NCBI GenBank assembly: GCA_002794465.1 | Contig: MTSL01000108.1 | Location: forward strand, 1-10,469 | Origin: Paramicrosporidium saccamoebae KSL3 | Lineage: Eukaryota > Fungi > Cryptomycota | Length of the DNA stretch: 10,469 nt | Direction: 5' to 3' | Part shown: positions 1 through 7,102 of the stretch, piece by piece | How positions within the stretch are numbered: position 1 is the stretch's first letter | Layout of the letters: every line of letters begins with the position of its first letter | Notes under the pieces: generated by a model | The model's input: only the letters and a program-made list of their open reading frames with translations | Database searches by the model: none | What the model was told of the DNA's origin: nothing | Made by a program: the position numbers and the translations under genes

Positions 1-2
1 GA

Positions 3-233
3 ATGTATGCAAGCACCATCTTGGTGGGAATAGACCCCAACTTTGATCCCTCAATGCTGGAGATTGTAAATTTCGTCGGTATCGTTGCATTGTTCATGTG
101 CTTTTTATCTTTTGGAATGGGTAAAAAATCGATTATCGGATGGATAGTGTTCATTGCCTATTATTCCATTGTGATTGCGGAGCCTCAAAGTAATACACTT
201 GATATGTATGAATGGATTGCGTCACTTTGTTAA
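3..233 (+). CDS. Probable 3' end of an unidentified membrane protein (likely 5'-truncated by the window edge)
   Basis: Open frame from position 3 to TAA at 231-233 with two hydrophobic segments (IVNFVGIVALFMCFLSFG and SIIGWIVFIAYYSIVIA). Only 2 nt lie upstream, so the ATG at 3 may be internal. The last helix hairpin loosely resembles the C-terminus of Ca2+/cation antiporters (weak inference). Confidence 0.5.
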   Translation: MYASTILVGIDPNFDPSMLEIVNFVGIVALFMCFLSFGMGKKSIIGWIVFIAYYSIVIAEPQSNTLDMYEWIASLC

Positions 234-580
234 AGCCTGCAAACTCTTTAGCCGTCCTCCAATAGGCCGTTTCGGCTTTCAAACACTCGAATATGTATAG
301 ATGGTACTGTTTTAGTTATCCAGGCCCCAAATAAGATTAAAACAGACTCAAGCACCTCTACGTAATAATTGGTTGGTTTACAGTAAAGACTAAAGAGTCT
401 TGACCCAGAACTATTGACGAAAATGCACTGCTTTTACTATAATCTATTGGTGAACGTAAAATATTTGGCTCATGGTCATATTTTGGTGGCTATGCAATCT
501 CATGGCCGAGTTCCGGTAGCTATACAGTCTATTGGGGAAATTCTCCATCCATGCCACCCCGCTATCCATTCCCCTATTAT

Positions 581-1948
581 TTATGGCTTCTCACAACCGG
601 GTTCGTTGCTAATGCAGTAACGATTGTGACAGGGTCGATCTTGCCAAAACATTCCCACAATCACAAAGATGGAAAATATTACAAACGCACCAGCTGACAC
701 GCAGGCAGCTCCCCATAGCAACACTGCTCCCGTGTACTCTTCGTAGAGATATCCCCCGATGAAAGATCCAAAGACTGCCGGTATTTGCACATATGTGGCC
801 GTGTAGAGCGCCTGGAAGGTCGCCTCCCAGCCCTCAGGGGCGCACTGTGCCGCCTCTCGCACTCCACCCATGTGCGTAAAACTAAAAGAAATGCCGTTCA
901 GAAGTTCCACTGCAATGACTGCATGTCGATCGGTCACGTAATTGTAAGCGCCCAGACGAATCGTCATGGCACCCAATCCAACCAACAGCATCAGCCGCAC
1001 TCCGAGCTTTCTCAGCAAATAGGGTCCGGAGAAGAGAAAAATGATGGAAAAGAAGGATGAGCACAGATAAACTCTCCCAATTTGGTCTTTTTCGAGGCCC
1101 ACCGTGGAGGCCAGATAGGTCGGGAGGAAGAGGTTCATAATCTGACGACCCATTCCGATGGACAGAATCACCGAGAGGAACAGCAAGAAACGCGGGGAGG
1201 CAATGACTCGAATGGTTTGCAGGATAGACGCACGTCCAGGTCCGGCAGCGTCCAGCGTGTTCAACGACGGATCACTCATCCGTGGAGTGGAGGAGGAAGC
1301 ACCCACTAAAAAGACCACCGCGGCAGTGATAATGGACACTATAGGGAATGTATACAGCAGCACATGGGCGCCAAAGTTTTTCACCAAATGACCCAGTCCC
1401 TCTGTCGTCAGTCCATAGGCGATGGTGCCAAATAGCACTTGACGGCTATACAGTGTCTGCTCCACCTGGTAAATATCCTTTAATAGCCGTAATATCTGGA
1501 AATCCATCAGCGGTGAGAGGCCTCCATAAACCAGACCAAATAGTCCCATCACAACACATGTTAACCATAGCCAATACTCTTCCGGCACTAGTCGTTTTAC
1601 CGTGATCCCTTCAAAAGTCACACTCATCCCCAAACACAACGCAATAAACAGGCCCTTATGTATGCCCCGTACGTCTGCCAGTCTGCTCCACAGCGTCACG
1701 CCGATGATGCTGCCGATATTAAAGACAGCCATCGCGTAGCCCATCTTTTTGCTCCGAAACCCCAGGTACTCTTCAAAGAAACAGGGTCTGTAGACGTAGA
1801 ACATGTTCATCAAACTGCCCGTCCAAAAGTAGATGAGTTTAGTTGATAGCAAATGGCGGCGGTCCTGTGATTGCCACCAGCTTGGACTTTTTGCGCTGAG
1901 AGGTGTAGTGGGAGAGGACGTCATTGGCTGATTCCCTTGCCCCGGCAT
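581..1948 (-). CDS. MFS transporter paralogue 1 (MFS_1_like / MFSD6 / NupG-like), 455 aa
   Basis: About 12 hydrophobic helices. Motif A-like LWSRLADVRG; YSRQVLFGTIAYG (cf. family YGRQRLWG motif); C-domain VELLNGISFSF..APEGWEATFQALY..GSFIGGYLY. The track start at 1963 is TTG; the first ATG is at 1948. Stop TAA at 581-583. Confidence 0.92.
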   Translation of the reverse strand: MPGQGNQPMTSSPTTPLSAKSPSWWQSQDRRHLLSTKLIYFWTGSLMNMFYVYRPCFFEEYLGFRSKKMGYAMAVFNIGSIIGVTLWSRLADVRGIHKGLFIALCLGMSVTFEGITVKRLVPEEYWLWLTCVVMGLFGLVYGGLSPLMDFQILRLLKDIYQVEQTLYSRQVLFGTIAYGLTTEGLGHLVKNFGAHVLLYTFPIVSIITAAVVFLVGASSSTPRMSDPSLNTLDAAGPGRASILQTIRVIASPRFLLFLSVILSIGMGRQIMNLFLPTYLASTVGLEKDQIGRVYLCSSFFSIIFLFSGPYLLRKLGVRLMLLVGLGAMTIRLGAYNYVTDRHAVIAVELLNGISFSFTHMGGVREAAQCAPEGWEATFQALYTATYVQIPAVFGSFIGGYLYEEYTGAVLLWGAACVSAGAFVIFSIFVIVGMFWQDRPCHNRYCISNEPGCEKP

Positions 1949-2009
1949 GAATATGGACAGCAAATAGTATCAGTAATTAAAGAGGCCAAGTAAAGCGAAA
2001 ATGAAAAGG

Positions 2010-2018
2010 TATATATAT
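2010..2018 (-). promoter_or_regulatory. TATATATAT element: possible TATA box of MFS1 and/or 3'-end efficiency element of MFS2
   Basis: The only long TA run in the 148-bp spacer, 62-70 nt upstream of ATG 1948 and about 80 nt downstream of the MFS2 stop. Confidence 0.3.
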
Positions 2019-2096
2019 CCTCAGATCACAAATCATGAATAGGTCATATCCACAGGCTACACGTCATCACAAACCACAGACAAAAGGTCTTTATTA

Positions 2097-3386
2097 TCAA
2101 CTCTGCAAATTGCAGGTACGACGGCGGGCCACTCTAAGTATCAAAAATATGGTTAACGCTATGGACGACATGACGGGAGTGGTGAGGGCAACCGTCAACA
2201 GCCACCGTCCCCTATAGTACTTATAAATATATCCACCGACAAGAGAACAGACGACTGCCGGGAATTGCACATGCGCACATCCATAGGCGGCCTGGAATGC
2301 GGCATCCCAGCCTGGAGGTGCGCTTAGAGAAACTTGTTGCACAGCCGCCAAGTGGGTAAAGCTGTAGGCCATGCCGTTTAGTAGCTCTATGAATGGCACC
2401 ATGCTGGGAGTCGGGGTCAGAAAGGCATAGCTGGCCAGGCGAGCAACGAGAGATAGCTGGCCGATTAGGAGCATAGGCCAGATGCCCAAATGAGAGAGCG
2501 CATATGGGGCGGCAAAGTAAAAGAGGACCGAAAACATGGTCCCCATCAAGTAGGCATTTCCAACTTGTCCACTGGATAGTCCGAGCTCTTCAGATAGATA
2601 GTTGGGCAGAAAGATTGCCAGAGTCTGTCGTCCGAACCCGGATGCAAGGATTACAAGCAGAAACAACAAAAAGTTTCGCTGTCCGAGTGTCTCCAAATAT
2701 TTGAAAAACCCCACATTAGCCTCGGAAGACTCTGGATGGTTCCATTGCTGATTGATACTGCTGCGTTTCGCGGACATGCGTCCATATCCAAAACAGGCGA
2801 CCATTACGGCCGCAAATATTGCCGAAGAGGGAACGATCCAGATCATGGCACTGGCTCCGCAGCGGTCAAGCAGCTTGCCAAGACTAAAGGAGATGAGTCC
2901 ATAGGCCACCATGCCAAAGAGAGCCTGTCTTCCATACTGCTTACTGCATTGTTCATAGCGCCGTTCTAGCAGCCGTAATATCTGATCATCGGCAAGCGGA
3001 AGAAGCCCCCCAATAAGCAGCCCATACAGCGCAAACACTGCCACTGCCAAATATATCCACTTTTCTGGTGCAACAAGTCCTTTGAAGAGGACTCCCTCAA
3101 AGCAGATGCCCATGGACAGACACAACCCCACCAGCAGTCCCTTGTGAAGACTGGTCCAATCTGCCAAGTTGCTCCACAGCGTAACGCCAGCAAAACTGAA
3201 CACGTTCCAGAAAGTCTGTACGATACCGTACTGGTCCTCACCGAAGCCAAAATACTCGGTGAAGAAGCGCATGCGAAAGACATAGAACGAATAGTTCAGG
3301 ATGCCGATAGCAAAATAGATGGCCTTGGGAGCAAGACAGAATTGCTGGTCAAGGCTAACTGTAGGTGTGAGTGTGGATGGTGGCAT
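2097..3386 (-). CDS. MFS transporter paralogue 2 (MFS_1_like / NupG-like), 429 aa
   Basis: Collinear with paralogues 1 and 3: GVTLWSNLAD, GGLLPLADDQILRLL, YGRQALFGMVAYG, GFGRQ, ELLNGMAYSFTHL, APPGWDAAFQA. The track start at 3422 is TTG; the first ATG is at 3386. Ends TGA TAA TAA. Confidence 0.92.
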   Translation of the reverse strand: MPPSTLTPTVSLDQQFCLAPKAIYFAIGILNYSFYVFRMRFFTEYFGFGEDQYGIVQTFWNVFSFAGVTLWSNLADWTSLHKGLLVGLCLSMGICFEGVLFKGLVAPEKWIYLAVAVFALYGLLIGGLLPLADDQILRLLERRYEQCSKQYGRQALFGMVAYGLISFSLGKLLDRCGASAMIWIVPSSAIFAAVMVACFGYGRMSAKRSSINQQWNHPESSEANVGFFKYLETLGQRNFLLFLLVILASGFGRQTLAIFLPNYLSEELGLSSGQVGNAYLMGTMFSVLFYFAAPYALSHLGIWPMLLIGQLSLVARLASYAFLTPTPSMVPFIELLNGMAYSFTHLAAVQQVSLSAPPGWDAAFQAAYGCAHVQFPAVVCSLVGGYIYKYYRGRWLLTVALTTPVMSSIALTIFLILRVARRRTCNLQS

Positions 3387-3533
3387 GTAAAGTGTACAAC
3401 GGCCTCGTTTTGCATTCGCCAACTTTTGGCAAATTCCCTAGTGACCCCCGCAGTTTCTAATATAGTGTGAAATGGCGAGTTGAGAATGTGTAAAATGGTG
3501 AAATATTTGTATACTCAAGTATAAAGTGGTAAG

Positions 3534-3717
3534 TAACCGTGTACTTGTTTAAAATCCAACTTTGTACTTGCCCGAAATTCAACTTTGTACTCGCCCGAAA
3601 TTCAACTTTGTACTCGCCCGAAATTCAACTTTGTACTCGCTCGGAATACAACTTTGTACTCACTCGAAATCCAACTTTGTACTCACTCGGAATACAACTT
3701 TGTACTCACTTGAAATA
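3534..3717. repeat. 23-bp tandem minisatellite, 7 good copies plus 1 degenerate copy; best-conserved unit CAACTTTGTACTCGCCCGAAATT
   Basis: CAACTTTGTACT recurs exactly at 3557, 3580, 3603, 3626, 3649, 3672 and 3695 (period 23). Degenerate copy TAACCGTGTACTTGTTTAAAATC at 3534. Confidence 0.97.
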
Positions 3718-3766
3718 TTAAATGACTAAAATGCATGTCTACGCAAAAATAATCTATTGAATTGCT

Positions 3767-5212
3767 CTATTTAGACAGTCTACGAGATGATTGAAACATT
3801 TGGAATACCAAATAGCATGATAGAAGGACAGAGCTAACGACGGGAAAGGCGAGCGCAATTCTAAGCAAAGTCTTTCGTTCGCACCATTTCACCAGATATC
3901 CACCCACTATGGGACATACCATTGCGGGCAACTGTACAAAGATGCAACCGTATACCGCTTGGAATGTGGCCTCCCATCCGGGTGGCGCACACTCTGTCGC
4001 CTCCTGCACTGCTGCCAGATGCGTAAAGCTGTAGCCCATCCCGTTCAGTAGCTCTACAAACGGCACAAGGTGGGGATGCGGCGTGAAGAATGCATAAATG
4101 GAGATGCGCATAATCATGGCGAGCTGGCCGATAAGCAACATTGGTCTCACTCCCAAATAGCGGAAGGAGATGGGAGCGCAAAAATAAAAGAGGATGGAGA
4201 AGCAAGAGCTGCCGAGATAGGCATTTCCAATCTGATTTTCGCTCAGAAGAAGCTCCTTATTTAGGAATTGGGGTAGATAAAATTTCAGGGTTTGACGGCC
4301 AAAGCCGGTGGCCATGACGACGAGCAGACACAGGATAAACCGTGGCCGCGCTATTGTCGTTACATAGCTGGAAAAGCTGGTAGAGCTCGTTTCAGACAGA
4401 GCCAACAGCTTCTCGTCCCCCATCGTCTTTTCAGAAAGGACCACCAGCTCTTCTTCTCCCATAGTCTTCTCAGACGAGACCAAAAGTTCTTCATTTTCAA
4501 TCGTCTTTTCCATCCGCTCCTCGGTCGGCGTGGTGTGGTAACCAAACATGAGGACAGAGGTGCTGGCAAGCAATCCTGCAACAGGGACTATGACAAAGAA
4601 GACACCGACTTTGTAAATGTCAAAGAGATAGCTGGCCGTCTTGGTGATGATGCCGTAAACCAACATTCCCATCATGGCCTGTCGTCCGTACTGCGACTTG
4701 TCCTTTCCAAATCGTCTGGTGAGCAGCTTCAGAATCTGATCATCGGTAAGAGGCATCAGACCGCCTAGCAGTAGGCCGTACAGACCACACGTCGTAAAGG
4801 CCAGATAGTGCCAATACTGTTTGTCCAGATAGGCTGTCAGCAGGCCCAACTCAAACACGGCACTCATCGCCAGACAAATGCCAACCAGCATGATCCTATG
4901 TATTCCCAGTCGGTCTGCCAGGCTGCTCCACAGGGTGACACCCACAAAACTGGCCATGTTCATCACTCCCATCACGTAGCAACATAGATCCTCCTCAAAG
5001 CCAAAATGCTGTGTAAGCAGTTTCATGCGGTACACATCAAACGCATAGTTTAGTGCACCTACCGCGAAGCAGATATACTTTGGGGTGAGCAGAAAGCGGT
5101 TGTTGAGGGTGAGGGCTCCCTGAAAAGACATCTGCTTGTGGCCCCGGACGCGCTGGTTTTGCTCAAGTGGCTCCCATTGGTGGGTTTTTCGTAAATGCAT
5201 GCGCCGCGCCAT
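3767..5212 (-). CDS. MFS transporter paralogue 3 (MFS_1_like / NupG-like), 481 aa from first ATG; real start may be ATG 5131 (454 aa)
   Basis: Same motifs: GVTLWSSLADRLG, GGLMPLTDDQILKLL, YGRQAMMG, GFGRQ, ELLNGMGYSFTHL, APPGWEATFQA. ATG 5131 (MSFQG) gives an N-terminal tail close in length to that of paralogue 2. Stop TAG at 3767-3769. Confidence 0.92.
   Translation of the reverse strand: MARRMHLRKTHQWEPLEQNQRVRGHKQMSFQGALTLNNRFLLTPKYICFAVGALNYAFDVYRMKLLTQHFGFEEDLCCYVMGVMNMASFVGVTLWSSLADRLGIHRIMLVGICLAMSAVFELGLLTAYLDKQYWHYLAFTTCGLYGLLLGGLMPLTDDQILKLLTRRFGKDKSQYGRQAMMGMLVYGIITKTASYLFDIYKVGVFFVIVPVAGLLASTSVLMFGYHTTPTEERMEKTIENEELLVSSEKTMGEEELVVLSEKTMGDEKLLALSETSSTSFSSYVTTIARPRFILCLLVVMATGFGRQTLKFYLPQFLNKELLLSENQIGNAYLGSSCFSILFYFCAPISFRYLGVRPMLLIGQLAMIMRISIYAFFTPHPHLVPFVELLNGMGYSFTHLAAVQEATECAPPGWEATFQAVYGCIFVQLPAMVCPIVGGYLVKWCERKTLLRIALAFPVVSSVLLSCYLVFQMFQSSRRLSK
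4391..4510 (-). repeat. Intragenic 39-bp (13-aa) tandem repeat x3 in the central loop of MFS paralogue 3
   Basis: Protein EKTIENEELLVSS / EKTMGEEELVVLS / EKTMGDEKLLALS / ET. DNA units on the + strand start at 4391, 4430 and 4469 (YTCAGA...ATMGTCTT). Confidence 0.9.
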
Positions 5213-5217
5213 CCAAT
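5213..5217 (+). promoter_or_regulatory. CCAAT box in the putative bidirectional promoter of MFS3 and TBCA
   Basis: CCAAT(CTG) lies exactly midway between ATG 5131 (-) and ATG 5299 (+), 82 nt from each. GC-rich GCATGCGCCGCGCC is adjacent. Confidence 0.3.
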
Positions 5218-5298
5218 CTGCAACACGACGCCAAATAAGTCAGCCCGCGGCTATTGACTCGTCTTCATGCCGGGAGGAAAAGAACAAAATGATTAAAA

Positions 5299-5666
5299 AT
5301 GCCCTCTGCAGTAGGTGTCGACCTGAATAAGAAGCTGACTGTCAAGGTAAATGTTGTCAAGCGATACGCCAAGGAGATTGCATATTATCGCAAGGAGCAT
5401 TCGGAACAGGACGCCAAAATAACGGGACTGCGTGCCCAAGAGTGCTGTCCACATGACCTGGCCAACCAAGTAGCGGTTGGAAAGGAGACGGAGGCTGTGC
5501 TCAACGAGTGTCAGACGCGCTACAAGGAGGCGTGCGATGACTTGCGCGATTTCTTGGTACAAGGTCGCAAAGTATTATAATTGTTTAGAAACGACATGCG
5601 CCTGAAGAGTTTAATGCCGAGCAATACAATTCCGCCGAGTCATTAGCCACTGAAACTATAGTATAA
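5299..5666 (+). CDS. TBCA: Tubulin-binding cofactor A (TBCA/RBL2), join(5299..5556,5589..5666), 111 aa
   Basis: KKLTVKVNVVKRYAKEIAYYRKE..EQDAKI...ETEAVLNECQTRYKEACDDLRDFL follows the TBCA pattern (IKIKTGVVKRLVKE...ESRMMIPDCQRRLEAAYLDL). Removing GT..AG 5557-5588 adds a family-length C-terminal helix (KRHAPEEFNAEQYNSAESLATETIV). Confidence 0.88.
5557..5588 (+). other. Predicted 32-nt phase-0 spliceosomal intron in TBCA
   Basis: GTACAA...ATTATAATTGTTTAG. It contains the TAA that ends the track ORF, and splicing gives a 111-aa protein. Confidence 0.7.
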
Positions 5667-5890
5667 ACCCATATCAATGTATACTCTTCTTGAGTATGTG
5701 ACACCTATATATACCTATGTATGTATTTGTGAAATAGGGACTCTTATCATATGCGCGCACATGTGGCCCTTTTTTCCCGTGTTAATGCGGGTGAGTGTAT
5801 CTTATTAAAGTATATGACACACAGATTACCACCTTCATTCAACACGCTGGATTGCGATCAGGATCATCCATCATAAGCGGCACCTCGCTT

Positions 5891-6865
5891 CTAGTGTGCA
5901 CCTCTACCTACTCTACATTCAACTATATTGGAGGTTGCCAATCCAGGAATTTGGGAAAGAAACAATTCTTTGGCGCTCTGCAACTCGGCCTCAAGACAGA
6001 ATATAAATGCATTGGGTCCCGCGTCAAAAGTATACGCCAGTCTGACATTCTCTCGATTGTAACCATGCACCAGATGTATCACCGTGCGAGAAGCCTCGTT
6101 CAAATAAAATACAGGAGGATAGGAATCCATGCAAACTGCATGGAACTGATTTGAGTCGCGCATGACCAGCTCTGCAAATTTTGAAAAATCGCGCTGTTCA
6201 ATGGCGCGGAGAAGATGGGCGATATGGTCAGGCACTTTCTCCAGACGCGATGGAAAAAGTTCTGACGTGTGGACTGTGCGTTCCATGCCTGCTGCACTAG
6301 ATACAGCTTTCTCTGCAGCTGACAGGATGAGCACCAAACAACACAGCTCGGGCCAGTGTCCTGGTGCAATTATACTTTTCGAAATCGAGTCGCTGCCATC
6401 AGTCTGAATACCCGACTCCCACAAAACGAATCCATCAAACAGACTTCTACAGGCGCTCCCAGAGCCCAGCCTTGCCGCAATCGACTTTTGATTGGCATCA
6501 AGTGGGATCATTCCGGATATGGCAGTGACAAGCGCGGCATATCCCGAGGCGGAAGAGGCGAGCCCGGCCGCAGTAGGAAACATATTCTCCGTTCTAACTT
6601 TGACACACGGGAAATCTGCAATACTCCGAAGATATTTCAAACAGCGTTTAATACGCTCATTGGGTGCCGACTCGACGCCATTCAGTATCACCGAGTCCTC
6701 GTGATGCGGCTCCACGATTGTTCGCGTCACCAATTGCAAGTCTGAGCTGGTACAAGTCTCCAGCGTGACACTGAGAGAAGAATTTGTGGGTAGATTGAGT
6801 GAGACGTCCCGCTTTCCCCAGTACTTTACCAATGCAATATTGACCGGTGCCTCTGCCTCATACAT
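5891..6865 (-). CDS. MVD1: Diphosphomevalonate decarboxylase (GHMP superfamily), 324 aa
   Basis: Diagnostic motifs APVNIALVKYWGKRD, LPTNSSLSVTL, FPTAAGLASSASGYAAL, ARLGSGSACRSLFDGFV, RDSNQFHA and YTFDAGPN (catalytic Asp). Confidence 0.97.
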   Translation of the reverse strand: MYEAEAPVNIALVKYWGKRDVSLNLPTNSSLSVTLETCTSSDLQLVTRTIVEPHHEDSVILNGVESAPNERIKRCLKYLRSIADFPCVKVRTENMFPTAAGLASSASGYAALVTAISGMIPLDANQKSIAARLGSGSACRSLFDGFVLWESGIQTDGSDSISKSIIAPGHWPELCCLVLILSAAEKAVSSAAGMERTVHTSELFPSRLEKVPDHIAHLLRAIEQRDFSKFAELVMRDSNQFHAVCMDSYPPVFYLNEASRTVIHLVHGYNRENVRLAYTFDAGPNAFIFCLEAELQSAKELFLSQIPGLATSNIVECRVGRGAH

Positions 6866-7102
6866 GGCAAATACTGATTGGCCAGTATATGGGCTTGATT
6901 AGGATCCTGTTGAATGATGAGAGTATATCCTTGTTATAGTACATGGCACATAGTCTGCCATCTTCAACAAACCGGATTGTAATCAGGATTGCCAATCGCA
7001 AGGGAACACTGTTTAACAGGGTTTATTAGTGGACAGAGGTTTTACTGGTAAAGTAGACGGCGCTTTTATAGACCGCCGCCCTCATCTGATTGGATACTCG
7101 AA
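6866..7102. promoter_or_regulatory. 237-bp divergent promoter region of MVD1 and VID27, with CCAAT-type motifs
   Basis: Head-to-head start codons. CTGATTGG at 6874-6881 and 7086-7093, plus GCCAATC near 6990. Confidence 0.45.

Noticed and set aside
234-580. ORF 414-620 and the small hairpin GCCG-TTT-CGGC near 266-276
   Set aside because: The ORF has a TTG start, overlaps the MFS1 3' end and has no motifs. The 4-bp stem is at chance level.
1949-3422. TTG starts given by the track for MFS1 (1963) and MFS2 (3422), and likewise 10389 for the orphan
   Set aside because: In a eukaryote the in-frame ATGs at 1948 and 3386 fit better, and the orphan frame is open to the window edge.
3534-3717. CRISPR array
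   Set aside because: The units are contiguous with no unique spacers, the context is eukaryotic, and no cas genes are present.
3534-3717. Interstitial telomeric repeat (23 bp is the Candida albicans unit length)
   Set aside because: There is no sequence resemblance to that unit or to TTAGG(G); only the length matches.
3539-3721. 60-aa ORF across the minisatellite
   Set aside because: It arises because the repeat lacks + strand stops. It starts at GTG and cycles through the three frames of the unit.
2353-4056. Gene conversion between MFS2 and MFS3 in the ELLNG..SFTH block
   Set aside because: The 33/37-nt identity covers the most conserved protein motif, and three of the four differences are synonymous. 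Purifying selection explains it.
4292-4768. 158-aa plus-strand ORF, and similar overlapping ORFs (785-1060, 3144-3470, 5795-6154, 6356-6745, 8541-8972)
   Set aside because: Antisense or off-frame shadows of well-supported genes, with no recognisable motifs.
5564-5588. Alternative 25-nt TBCA intron (donor GTCGCA)
   Set aside because: It gives ETTCA* and does not restore the C-terminal helix; the 5557 donor does.
5667-5890. ncRNA (tRNA/snRNA) in the TBCA-MVD1 convergent spacer
   Set aside because: No cloverleaf or U1/U2/U5/U6 signature. The TATATA/TATGTA runs fit ordinary 3'-end signals.
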